Part shown: in pieces, positions 1-8,557 of the stretch | Numbering within the stretch: position 1 is the first letter of the stretch | Layout: every line of letters begins with the position of its first letter | Source of the DNA: Acaryochloris thomasi RCC1774 | GTDB taxonomy: Bacteria > Cyanobacteriota > Cyanobacteriia > Thermosynechococcales > Thermosynechococcaceae | DNA length: 32,000 nucleotides | NCBI RefSeq assembly: GCF_003231495.1 | Contig: NZ_PQWO01000009.1 | Span: forward strand, 183,314-215,313 | Direction: 5' to 3' | Program-made: the position numbers and the translations under genes | Notes under the pieces: model-generated | The model's input: only the letters and a program-made list of their open reading frames with translations | Database searches by the model: none | Told to the model about the DNA's origin: nothing

Positions 1-1760
1 ACGCATTCGTACATCACGCCGCTGCGTAAGGTGCCCTGCTCCACCGCGTTAGCAATACTGCCGCAGCGACGAATGGCGTTAATCGCCTTGAGGTGATGAC
101 GGTGCCCGCCATGAACGGAGACGCCCCGCTTCATATCCATCCCCAGGGAGGTGCCCATCATGGATTGCTCGATGTCGTGAACGGCGATCGCATTTCCCCC
201 CAGAAGCGCATGAACATACCCCTCTCGAATCAGCCTGTTGAGATGCTCACTACCGCCGGTATGGATGACCACCGGCCCCGCCGTCACCACGACTTTGCCG
301 CCCTGATCTCGAATCCGGCGCAAGTCCCAGGCAATTTGTTCGACGACTAATTCCACGCGACGCTCACTGGAAACGCCAGCGCCCATGAAGCCAAATTCTT
401 CCGATGCGCCTTTTTTGAGCGTTGTCGCTGTGCGCTTGGTGCGAATGCCCTCACTGCCGACCACAACTGATTCGCCGACCTGTAAATCTCTCAGTAGCTT
501 GCAGCGGGCAGCGATACCACTGTTAGTTTGAGTGATTGCGATCGCACCATCCATCCGCTGACCTTGAACCCTGATCCATTGCCCCTCGATCAAGACTTCG
601 GTGGGATAGATCGCCGTCACATAGAAATCATCCGGCGCAACGCCCGCCTGAACAACGGCCTCTAGCTCAGCATCAACCGCTTCTTCCGTGACGCTCACCG
701 CACCGAGGTCCACTAACTGCCCCATAATGTCGGCAATGACGTCCGTATCCGGGGCTGAAACCTTGACTTCTGCAGTCGAAATATCCTGACGCTGTTCGCC
801 CAGATCAAAATTTAGAACCTGGAAACTGCCGCCCCCCGCCACAATCGTATCCAGCGCTCGATTGACTAGACCCGTATCGAGTAAATGGCCTTCAAGATGA
901 ACAATACGACTTTGAATCGTGGAAGCCTGGGGCGAAGCGTGGCGCGGCTCTGTGGTCCTTAGAGTCAGACATTTGGCAGCCCCACCCGCCTTCAGAAATT
1001 CTGTGAGGGGCGTTTCAACCACGGTAAAGCCACAATCGCCGAGGCTTTGCTTGAGGCGATCGCTAACGTGGTTCATCACCACCACGCGATCAATATTTAC
1101 GGCGTTACAGGCAAAGGTAACGGCATCTACCTCCTCAACCGCAATTCGCTTCTCAGCCGGGACACGCCGCTCAATCAAGTGATTGGAGTAGGTGTCAAAA
1201 GCTGGCGGATAGTAGAGCAGATACCCGTCCGTAAGCGGACAAAAGCAGGTATCTAGGTGGTAGAAGCGCCGGTCGACTAACCGCAGGGACAGCACTTCTA
1301 CATCTAACCACTGGGCCAAATAAGGGTGGGAGTCCAGTTCAGAGCGAAACCCGTAGCCCGCCCATAGCCAGCCTCCGGCCCGATCGAGCAGCGCATCTCC
1401 GGCTCCTTCAAAGGGCAGGCTTTTGGGCAACGTATGCACGGTGTAGCCCTGATCTGTAAACCACTGTTGGAAATAGGGTTCTTCACCCTGCCGTTCAGGA
1501 TGGAAAAAACGACTGAGCACGACGGTGTTGTCTAGAACCAGCCCTGCATTAGCGGTAAAAACCATATCTGGCCACCCCGGTTGAGGCTCCACTAGATCAA
1601 CCGTCGCGTAGGTTTTCAAGACCCGATGCAGCTCATCCCACTGCAGTTCAGCACGGTCCCGCGACGAACGATGGATATTGCCCTCCATCCAAGGGTTGAT
1701 CACGTAATCGACATCATAATGATGCGGGGCACACATCAAAATTCGTACTGAATCGGTCAT
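1..1760 (-). CDS. argZ: Bifunctional arginine dihydrolase / ornithine cyclodeaminase (ArgZ/AgrE family), first ~586 codons; the 3' end lies beyond the left window edge
   Basis: Absent from the ORF track because it runs off the window. A reverse-strand ATG at 1760-1758 opens an uninterrupted frame to position 1. The N-terminus (MTDSVRILMCAPHHYDVDYVINPWMEG...MVFTANAGLV...FLKAGGAAKCLTL) matches the guanidino-group-modifying (amidinotransferase/DDAH-like) fold with a C-terminal catalytic Cys. It is followed by a LOR/SDH-like domain (HLEGHLLDTGLVNRALD...KVVVTAGPVVIHTGG...). Confidence 0.8.
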   Translation of the reverse strand, partial: MTDSVRILMCAPHHYDVDYVINPWMEGNIHRSSRDRAELQWDELHRVLKTYATVDLVEPQPGWPDMVFTANAGLVLDNTVVLSRFFHPERQGEEPYFQQWFTDQGYTVHTLPKSLPFEGAGDALLDRAGGWLWAGYGFRSELDSHPYLAQWLDVEVLSLRLVDRRFYHLDTCFCPLTDGYLLYYPPAFDTYSNHLIERRVPAEKRIAVEEVDAVTFACNAVNIDRVVVMNHVSDRLKQSLGDCGFTVVETPLTEFLKAGGAAKCLTLRTTEPRHASPQASTIQSRIVHLEGHLLDTGLVNRALDTIVAGGGSFQVLNFDLGEQRQDISTAEVKVSAPDTDVIADIMGQLVDLGAVSVTEEAVDAELEAVVQAGVAPDDFYVTAIYPTEVLIEGQWIRVQGQRMDGAIAITQTNSGIAARCKLLRDLQVGESVVVGSEGIRTKRTATTLKKGASEEFGFMGAGVSSERRVELVVEQIAWDLRRIRDQGGKVVVTAGPVVIHTGGSEHLNRLIREGYVHALLGGNAIAVHDIEQSMMGTSLGMDMKRGVSVHGGHRHHLKAINAIRRCGSIANAVEQGTLRSGVMYEC

Positions 1761-1878
1761 GGTTCACTCATTGAAAAATTTTTCTAGACTGAAAGCAACG
1801 GAGCGCTTCCCTTCATAAAAGGCCTCATTAATAGTAGCGATTCGTGCTCTGCTCGAATACGTCGAATCGCTGAATTTT

Positions 1879-1914
1879 CCCTTCTAAAGTCAAAAGTCTA
1901 TGACTTTAGAAGGG
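1879..1914. repeat. Perfect 14-bp inverted repeat CCCTTCTAAAGTCA-N8-TGACTTTAGAAGGG between the DUF2283 gene stop and the argZ start
   Basis: Arms at 1879-1892 and 1901-1914 are exact reverse complements. No U-tract follows on either strand, so it is not a canonical intrinsic terminator. It could be an operator or an RNA stem. Confidence 0.6.
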
Positions 1915-1953
1915 ATGACGATCTAAGTTGAGGGATAGGACAAGTGTTGTTGC

Positions 1954-2187
1954 CTAACTTTTTGCACTGGGCTGAGGTTTGTTAACGTTCGCTTCGCCCA
2001 CCAGATAGGCAATGGAGTATGGATTATCAACCTTTGTCGAAGCTTTTCTGATCTCTACGCCCACAACGGTACCGTCTTCGTCATAGTCTAAGACCAAGCC
2101 TGGTGCGATTTGCGTCGTTTCCTCAATGACGGTTGTAATAAAGGCAATTTGTAAAATATCTTTGTCTGGGTCGTAAACAACTTTCAT
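1954..2187 (-). CDS. DUF2283-family small protein
   Basis: 77-aa ORF with an ATG start. MKVVYDPDKDILQIAF...LVLDYDEDGTVVGVEI matches the DUF2283 pattern (Y-D-x-x-x-D-x-L-x-I ... D-x-D-x-x-G-x-x-V-G-I-E-I). Confidence 0.75.
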   Translation of the reverse strand: MKVVYDPDKDILQIAFITTVIEETTQIAPGLVLDYDEDGTVVGVEIRKASTKVDNPYSIAYLVGEANVNKPQPSAKS

Positions 2188-2458
2188 GCAATATGATGTC
2201 CTTCATCTTGATAACGCACTGTTCGCCAACATGAACGGGGCAGAGTCGAAGCTCTGGAAACAGCCCATGTTTGATAACCCCAATTACAAACAATGAGCAT
2301 AAATCATACGGATAGACCGGATCAATCAACTGCATCATCCATCACATAAAGGAAGTCTCTCGCGTTTGCTTCCAGCAGGATCCTTCAACCCCTGCGGGGA
2401 CAGATTTGTATTGACAGCGGAGGCTATAGTATTGAGTGATCCTGAGTCTAGTTAATTT

Positions 2459-4171
2459 ATGTCGAAGCCTGAATGCATGTCTCCCGATGCTTCACTGCAG
2501 CATTCTACCGTTCGTCCCATCGGTGTATATGCCCTCACAGGACTGACGACGGATGGCGATCGCATCTTGGCCGTTGATACCGTTCGGGGCTACCTGCTCT
2601 CTATTGATCCACTCACGAATAACACCATTATCCTGAACCCTCATCAGGTTTCAGACTGGCTCGATGTCACGGGATTAACCCTGCACCAGGATACGTTCTG
2701 GTTTGCGAAGGATCAGGAGGTGTTTTGTTGCGATAGCCAAGGGCTGCTCGGAGACCATCGCGCGCCCCTAGAACAAAGGCATTTTGCTCACCTACCGTAT
2801 CCTGTCGCCGGGGTGGCCGTGGGGCCGTCAGCGATCTATGTGAGCTGTCAAAAGTCTGGCTATATCCATGTTTTTGACCCCGCCACCGGCAAACCGTTAG
2901 ATAAATTTCCTCAGCCCGGTGTGGGTTCTGAAACATTGACGGTGGCGGATGAACGGCTGTGGGTTTGCGATCGCGATGAGCAAACGGTTTATTGCCTCGA
3001 TCCCGCCACTGGAGCCATTCAGTACAGCGCTCTAACCCCCTTCAGCTCCCCTACAGGAATCGCATTTTATACACCGAAGAATCAAGTGCCCATTTGCTAT
3101 GTGGTGTACACCGATGAAGAACCCTATATACGGGATGATCCCAATGCCGAATCGCCCTATCAGCTGACCTTTCGCGATCGCACCTTTATCCATCCCCTGT
3201 GTCTCCACCACAACCCAACAGAACATTACACACTCTCCAATGGTTACTTGGTAGAGCTGTCCTACGTCGAAGAACTGCTCTCCATCGAAGACGTAACCCT
3301 CAATAACGTTGAGTGGCGCATTGCCCTACCTTCTGAGACACAGCGTCAGCGCATCCGCCATATCGAGCCAATCGGCCATCCGTTCACAATCGAAGAACAG
3401 AATGGGCAAAAGGTGGCCGTTTTCAAATTCGACCAGATCAAGCCCGATCAAGGCGGTCTTTTGGGCTGGAAAGCCACTGTTGAAATGTATAGCCTCAAGT
3501 ATTCTCTAACCCCCGACGATATCGACTCGAATCTGACACTTGCTCCCGAGCTGCAAGCGCAATATTTGGTCGATGACGATGATCTGGCAATGGATACGTT
3601 CACTATTCAGGCCGCTGCGAAAGAGGCCGCAGGCACAGAAACAAACGTGCTACGGAAGATGCTCAAAATCCGCAACTACGTCTACGATCGTCTTTCCTAC
3701 GGCATCCGGCCCAAAATTGATACGCCTGATGTGGCCTTGGAGCGGGGCATTGGCTCCTGCGGCGAATACGTCGGGGTCTTGCTCGCCCTAGCTCGCCTGA
3801 ACGGAATTGCCTGTCGCACCATTGGCCGCTACAAATGTCCTCAACATCCTGAATATCGCCATCTGCCCTTAGAGCCAGACTTTAACCATGTGTGGCTAGA
3901 GTTTTATGTTCCTGGGATTGGCTGGCTACCGATGGAATCCAATGTCGATGACGTCATCGATCGCGGCCCGTACCCTGAGCGTTTCTTCATGGGCCTATCC
4001 TGGTATCACACTGAACTGGGCAAAGGTATCCCCTTTGCAAAAATGAAGGCTGACAACAAGCCAGAAGGTCTTTCCATGGGAGACTTAGCCATCAATCATA
4101 TTCGCTTTAGGATTTTAGATGAGCTAATTCCTCAGCCTGTTGGCACAGACTCGGGAGTTGAGAGTCGTTGA
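2459..4171 (+). CDS. Transglutaminase-like (Cys-His-Asp core) protein with N-terminal beta-propeller-like repeats
   Basis: 570-aa ORF. The C-terminal core reads GIGSCGEYVGVLLALARLNGIACR...DFNHVWLEFYVPGIGWLPMESNVDD. The N-terminal half has repeated 'xxIYVxxxxxGxIxVxDPxTG' strand motifs. Confidence 0.8.
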   Translation: MSKPECMSPDASLQHSTVRPIGVYALTGLTTDGDRILAVDTVRGYLLSIDPLTNNTIILNPHQVSDWLDVTGLTLHQDTFWFAKDQEVFCCDSQGLLGDHRAPLEQRHFAHLPYPVAGVAVGPSAIYVSCQKSGYIHVFDPATGKPLDKFPQPGVGSETLTVADERLWVCDRDEQTVYCLDPATGAIQYSALTPFSSPTGIAFYTPKNQVPICYVVYTDEEPYIRDDPNAESPYQLTFRDRTFIHPLCLHHNPTEHYTLSNGYLVELSYVEELLSIEDVTLNNVEWRIALPSETQRQRIRHIEPIGHPFTIEEQNGQKVAVFKFDQIKPDQGGLLGWKATVEMYSLKYSLTPDDIDSNLTLAPELQAQYLVDDDDLAMDTFTIQAAAKEAAGTETNVLRKMLKIRNYVYDRLSYGIRPKIDTPDVALERGIGSCGEYVGVLLALARLNGIACRTIGRYKCPQHPEYRHLPLEPDFNHVWLEFYVPGIGWLPMESNVDDVIDRGPYPERFFMGLSWYHTELGKGIPFAKMKADNKPEGLSMGDLAINHIRFRILDELIPQPVGTDSGVESR

Positions 4172-4367
4172 AAAGTCAATCAGAGAGGACAGAAATCTAG
4201 ATTGCTTTCTATGAAAAATGCTGCTGCTGGCACAATACACTTGGGCAAAATTTACTGTCGAAAGAATAGATCTTCAACTCCCCTAGAAGGGAAGGTTTTG
4301 GGGCAAGATGTAGCAGACGGGAGGTTGACCCTACAACCTTTTGGGGCCAAAGCATCCAAACACTCTG

Positions 4368-4597
4368 TAAGTAGCGAGGCAGAATCAAGTTAAAGATCAG
4401 ATATTAGCAAATGCTCTACATGGCCCTCACCCCCAGCCCCTCTCCCAATGTTGGGAGAGGGGAGAAAGATCCCCTCGCTATCTGCCTTTCTCCCCCTTCG
4501 CCCAGTATTGGGAGAGGGCGGCTGGGGGGGGTGAGGGCCAATGCAACGATATTGAATTTAATCAGGAATCTTCAAGTCAATTAAGCCTATCTACTTA
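4368..4597. mobile_element. MITE copy A: 226-bp element at 4370-4595 flanked by TA/TA, with imperfect terminal inverted repeats AGTAGCGAGGC / AGTAGATAGGC
   Basis: It is collinear with the reverse complement of 19531-19702 over both ends. The centre is a G/C-rich palindrome (GGCCCTCACCCCCAGCCCC...GGGGTGAGGGCC). In this copy the centre is expanded by a second CCCAGTATTGGGAGAGGG sub-hairpin. Confidence 0.75.
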
Positions 4598-4624
4598 CTC
4601 ACTTAGTTCTTTACTAAATAAGCA

Positions 4625-5557
4625 ATGTCAAATTCTTATTCCTTGATGATTCATGGTGGTTCAGGTTCTTTGGAGGATCTGAAATACGAGGCAGGCGAAG
4701 CCGAGTTCAGGGAGAGCATCAACACAATTCTAGAGAAGGGCCGTCATCGCCTAGAACAAGGAGATAGCGCCCTAGATGTGGTGGAGTACTGCGTAACGCT
4801 TTTAGAGAATGATCGACTTTATAACGCAGGGCGAGGATCTGTTCTCAATGCCAAGGGAAAAGTAGAAATGGATGCCGCGATCATGAGCGGGAGAGATCTA
4901 GGGGCAGGGGCAGTAGCCTGCGTTGAGCAGGTTAAAAACCCGATCGCTGTGGCGCGTCGCGTGCTGGAGAAAGGAGAGCATGTCCTGCTGATGGGGTATG
5001 GAGCATTAGAATTTGCAAAATTGTGCCAGCTCGAAACCTGCCCTGAGGATTATTTCATTACTGAAAACCGGATTCAGCAGTTAGCAGAGGCACAGGCTGC
5101 AGGGCGAATTACGTTAGACCATGAGCGCGTCAAGCCACACTCCGAAAAACTAGGAACAGTGGGAGCTGTTGCCCGCGATCTGCAAGGTGATCTTGCAGCG
5201 GCAACTTCTACGGGGGGATTGGTGAACAATCACTGGGGCCGAGTCGGGGATACGCCAGTCGTTGGGGCGGGCGTATATGCCGACAACCAAAGCTGTGCAG
5301 TCTCGGCAACTGGCTATGGAGAGGAGTTCTTGCGCACGGTGTTAGCGAAAACAATTTCTGTGTTTGTTGAATTTAAGGGCATGGATGCTGAGGCGGCAGC
5401 GAAGGCCGGGGTTGATTATCTAGTCAGGCGCGTGCAGGGAGAGGGTGGAGTGATTGTTATTGATACTGCGGGGCGTTGTGCTGCAGCTCAGTCAACGTCG
5501 GGCCTGATTTGCGGCTGGATTGAGATGGGGGGAGAAGCACACTGCACCTTAGGTTAA
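4625..5557 (+). CDS. iaaA: Isoaspartyl peptidase / L-asparaginase (plant-type asparaginase, Ntn hydrolase); candidate beta-Asp-Arg dipeptidase
   Basis: 310-aa ORF with an autoprocessing/nucleophile site (HSEKLGTVGAVARD), plus YNAGRGSVLN and GDTPVVGAGVYAD motifs typical of the family. Confidence 0.9.
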   Translation: MSNSYSLMIHGGSGSLEDLKYEAGEAEFRESINTILEKGRHRLEQGDSALDVVEYCVTLLENDRLYNAGRGSVLNAKGKVEMDAAIMSGRDLGAGAVACVEQVKNPIAVARRVLEKGEHVLLMGYGALEFAKLCQLETCPEDYFITENRIQQLAEAQAAGRITLDHERVKPHSEKLGTVGAVARDLQGDLAAATSTGGLVNNHWGRVGDTPVVGAGVYADNQSCAVSATGYGEEFLRTVLAKTISVFVEFKGMDAEAAAKAGVDYLVRRVQGEGGVIVIDTAGRCAAAQSTSGLICGWIEMGGEAHCTLG

Positions 5558-5734
5558 ACGTATTAGCAAGCTTACAAACTTGAGACTATATTTTGAATCA
5601 CCCATAGCTGCCTTGTCATCCCTAAAGCATTTCTAGGGATGGCCTGACTGTCGTGCGAGTGTTACATCTTTTGGGCCATTTCTGACAAAAGCCCACGAGT
5701 TCAATACTGTGTCTGCTAAGGCTCAGAGCACAAT

Positions 5735-7687
5735 CTAAATCAGCTCTGGATCAGACATGATTTCTACTAAGGCAGGCCCTTGGTGCGTTAGCGCTTGAGC
5801 GATTGCGTCATCAAGTTCGTTCTGCTGTGTAACTCGGATACCGAACCCACCGCAATTCTGAGCATATTTAGAAAAATCAGGATTGTGCAATGAGGTTTGC
5901 CAGACATCCCATTCGCCTGCCCGCTGCTCTTTAGAGATTTTACCCAACTGATCGTTATGGAGCAGGATATGGGTAATGTTCATCTGGTATTTTACGGCTG
6001 TTGTAAATTCAGCCAAATATTGACCAAAGCCTCCATCTCCTGAGACTGAGATAATGCGGCGCTCATGGCCTGCGGCGGCCCAAGCTCCCATCGCAGCAGG
6101 GAAGGCAAATCCGATGGAGCCAAGGTAGCCCGACATTAAAACGGACTGGGCCTGACATTCAAAGTAGCGACCAAAGGAGTAGGTGTTGTTACCCACATCT
6201 ACGGCAATCACGGCATCGGCAGAGACTTGGCGGGTCATGGCAGCAAAGATAGAGGCTGAGTTTAACCCTTGGCCTCGATCATCGGCTTCGCGACGAGCTT
6301 TTTCAGTTCGCCAAATGGTCCAGTGGTCTTGAATTTGCGATCGCACATCCTCTGTATCCACCTGCCCTGTAAGCGCTGTATTCAACTGCTCCACCACAAC
6401 GCTGATTTCGCCCCAAACCGGCACCTCGACGGGATGGAATTTCCCTAGCGCCAGCGGGTCAAAATCCACTTGGATAATCGGCTTACCAGGATAAATTCCG
6501 GTGTGATTAGAAAACGAGGCTCCTAACACCAGCAACACATCAGCCTCATTCATGAACCAACTGGCAATGGGGGTGCCACTGCGTCCCAAGACTCCGCAGC
6601 CGAGGGGGTGACGGTCCGAGATCTGTCCTTTCCCCTTAAAGGTCGTGAGAATAGGCGCTCCCAATAGTTCTGCAAGTTCCGTAATAGCAGGCATATGGAA
6701 ACGGGCACCATGCCCAACAATGATCACCGGGCGGCGGGATTGCTTGAGGCGATCAATAGCCTCAAGCAACGACTCAGGCGGCGGCGCAATCTGTAAGGGT
6801 GTCATCCGTCCGGCGGGGTTAGAAGCAGGTACATCCACCGCAGGCTGCATCTGAACTTCATCAGGAAAAATCAGGTGAGAGACATTTCGCTCTAATAGGG
6901 CATGTTTGACGGCTAGGGTCATTAACTCAGCGTGTTGGCTGTGGCTGAGCACCGTTTGGCTCCAAGCAGCTACGCCACTGAAGGCGGCCTGTAAATCACA
7001 CTCTTGAAAATTGCCTGTGCCCAAAACCTGAGAATTGACCTGTCCCGTCAAGGCTAAAATCGGAGCGCGATCGACTTTTGCATCCCACATGCCCGTGAGT
7101 AGGTTTGTTGCACCCGGTCCGGCAATAGTTAAGCAGGCCGCAGGTTTACCTGTCAGCTTTGCGTAGGCTGAGGCGGCGAAGGCAGCAGCTCCTTCATGGC
7201 GAATGCCGATATAGGTGAGCTTACCTTGTACCTCTTGACGGCGGAGTGCGTCTGCGAGGCCTAAATTAGAATGACCCACCATGCCGAAGACATGGGTGAT
7301 ACCCCAGTTCACCATCGTTTCCGCCATCACATCACTCACGGTGCGGGTGTGGGGTTGTTCAACGGGTAAGCCGACGTATATGCCATCCGCACGCACCTCT
7401 ACTGGAAAGGTTGCGAGGGCATCATCAACGTCCAAAGCGTCGGGGGACTTGCCGGTTAGCGGGCAGTAGTCCCACCCGTGCCAAGGGCAGCGTAGGAGAC
7501 CGTTTTCAATGGAGCCCTCACCGAGGGGACCGCCTTGGTGGGGACAGCGATTATCGAGGGCACCATATTGGCCTTTGTAATGGGTTAAGGCAAGGCTTTT
7601 ATGGCCCGCCACTACAGTTTTGACACGGCTCTCAGGTAATTCGTCCAAACCTAGAACGCGGTACCACTGGGTTGTTATCTCCGGCAT
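5735..7687 (-). CDS. Rieske [2Fe-2S] domain fused to a thiamine-diphosphate enzyme (pyruvate oxidase / acetolactate synthase-like)
   Basis: Rieske motif CPHQGGPL-x-CPWHGW (CxH-X16-CxxH) in the first ~110 aa. It is followed by ThDP N-domain (GITHVFGMVGHSNLGL...IRHEGAAAFAASAYAKLTGKPAACLTIAGPGATNL) and a ThDP-binding motif (GDGGFGQY...LLHNDQLG). I prefer the ATG at 7687, which is preceded by GAGGAGAGAG, over the TTG at 7702 used by the ORF track. Confidence 0.85.
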   Translation of the reverse strand: MPEITTQWYRVLGLDELPESRVKTVVAGHKSLALTHYKGQYGALDNRCPHQGGPLGEGSIENGLLRCPWHGWDYCPLTGKSPDALDVDDALATFPVEVRADGIYVGLPVEQPHTRTVSDVMAETMVNWGITHVFGMVGHSNLGLADALRRQEVQGKLTYIGIRHEGAAAFAASAYAKLTGKPAACLTIAGPGATNLLTGMWDAKVDRAPILALTGQVNSQVLGTGNFQECDLQAAFSGVAAWSQTVLSHSQHAELMTLAVKHALLERNVSHLIFPDEVQMQPAVDVPASNPAGRMTPLQIAPPPESLLEAIDRLKQSRRPVIIVGHGARFHMPAITELAELLGAPILTTFKGKGQISDRHPLGCGVLGRSGTPIASWFMNEADVLLVLGASFSNHTGIYPGKPIIQVDFDPLALGKFHPVEVPVWGEISVVVEQLNTALTGQVDTEDVRSQIQDHWTIWRTEKARREADDRGQGLNSASIFAAMTRQVSADAVIAVDVGNNTYSFGRYFECQAQSVLMSGYLGSIGFAFPAAMGAWAAAGHERRIISVSGDGGFGQYLAEFTTAVKYQMNITHILLHNDQLGKISKEQRAGEWDVWQTSLHNPDFSKYAQNCGGFGIRVTQQNELDDAIAQALTHQGPALVEIMSDPELI

Positions 7688-7709
7688 AGTCTCTCTCCTC
7701 AATCAAAAT

Positions 7710-8441
7710 TTAGATTAGCAATAGCAAGCCGGTATAGAGCGCAATCCCACCGATAAAAGATCCGAAGCAGCTCTTCTTTTCGTCCGGCAATTCTCGCGCC
7801 AATATGTTGAGAATGAGGCTCCCGGCCAAAAAGGACCAGACAATCGAAACGGCTGCTTCATCAAAGCGAGTGGCTTGACCTGCGATCGCACCTACCATAA
7901 TTGCAGCTGTTAAGAGCCAGCGACCTAGTTTGTCATAGGGCTTTTTGTGGTGCTCCCGCAAGCTGTGATCAATGATGAAAAAGTGCAGAGCCACCGCGAT
8001 GAAATACAGAGCGCACTGCAGCAAGGTGTGGTCAGCGATATCTTGGAGCAGGTAACCGAAAATGATGTTCAGTACCGCAAAGGCTGAGATATGAATCCAA
8101 AATACAGCGGGGCTGGTAGTATCAACATCGTTTTCAAAGCGATTTTGCCGTCGAGAAGTGAGGGCCAGAATATCTAGGCCGTAAAACACAAGCAGTCCAA
8201 GGAGGGCCAAGATATAAACGTGATTTTCTAGGTAGGCCACGAAGGGCAAGGCGGAATGTTCTAGCTCTTCCTGGGCATGACTGAGTTCTGGAAAGATTTC
8301 TAGAAAGACATAGCCAATGGAAACGCCGCCGGCAAAGGACATCCAGCGATGTTCAGGGATAACGTTGACAACATTCAGTTTCGAGATGAAGGCATGCATC
8401 AACGCTAAGCCAATCGCTAAATAAAGACCGGGGCCTTCCAT
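7710..8441 (-). CDS. Polytopic membrane protein with His/Glu-rich motifs (possibly a ZIP-like metal transporter)
   Basis: 243-aa ORF with at least 6 hydrophobic helices and LHFFIIDHSLREHH and FPELSHAQEELEHS segments. It lies 22 nt upstream of the Rieske-ThDP gene on the same strand. The family assignment is tentative. Confidence 0.6.
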   Translation of the reverse strand: MEGPGLYLAIGLALMHAFISKLNVVNVIPEHRWMSFAGGVSIGYVFLEIFPELSHAQEELEHSALPFVAYLENHVYILALLGLLVFYGLDILALTSRRQNRFENDVDTTSPAVFWIHISAFAVLNIIFGYLLQDIADHTLLQCALYFIAVALHFFIIDHSLREHHKKPYDKLGRWLLTAAIMVGAIAGQATRFDEAAVSIVWSFLAGSLILNILARELPDEKKSCFGSFIGGIALYTGLLLLI

Positions 8442-8557
8442 GATGCATTGCCTCTAGATTTTGATCGGATGTTGATCGTGCTTTCACGAATTTACTGGAG
8501 AGTGTTGACGATTCAGCACTTTCCCCACAAGACTTATGCTCTGCAATCAACGAATTG

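Noticed and set aside
93-1486. Track ORFs 93-350, 919-1182, 1047-1256 and 1304-1486.
   Set aside because: All lie inside the argZ reading frame (minus strand, open from 1760 to the window edge) in other frames or on the other strand.
2123-2338. 71-aa ORF upstream of, and overlapping, the DUF2283 gene. I considered it as a DUF4258-type toxin partner.
   Set aside because: It overlaps the DUF2283 gene by 65 nt and has only a vague resemblance to the C-terminal half of DUF4258 proteins. It lacks the N-terminal H-x-x-x-R-M motif region. At best it is a remnant.
4202-4393. 63-aa plus-strand ORF after the transglutaminase-like gene.
   Set aside because: It has no recognisable motif and its 3' end runs into the MITE terminal repeat. 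It is probably non-coding spacer.
5617-5641. Hairpin CATCCCTA-N9-TAGGGATG between the convergent iaaA and Rieske-ThDP genes, considered as a bidirectional terminator.
   Set aside because: No U-tract follows on either strand, so I did not call a terminator.
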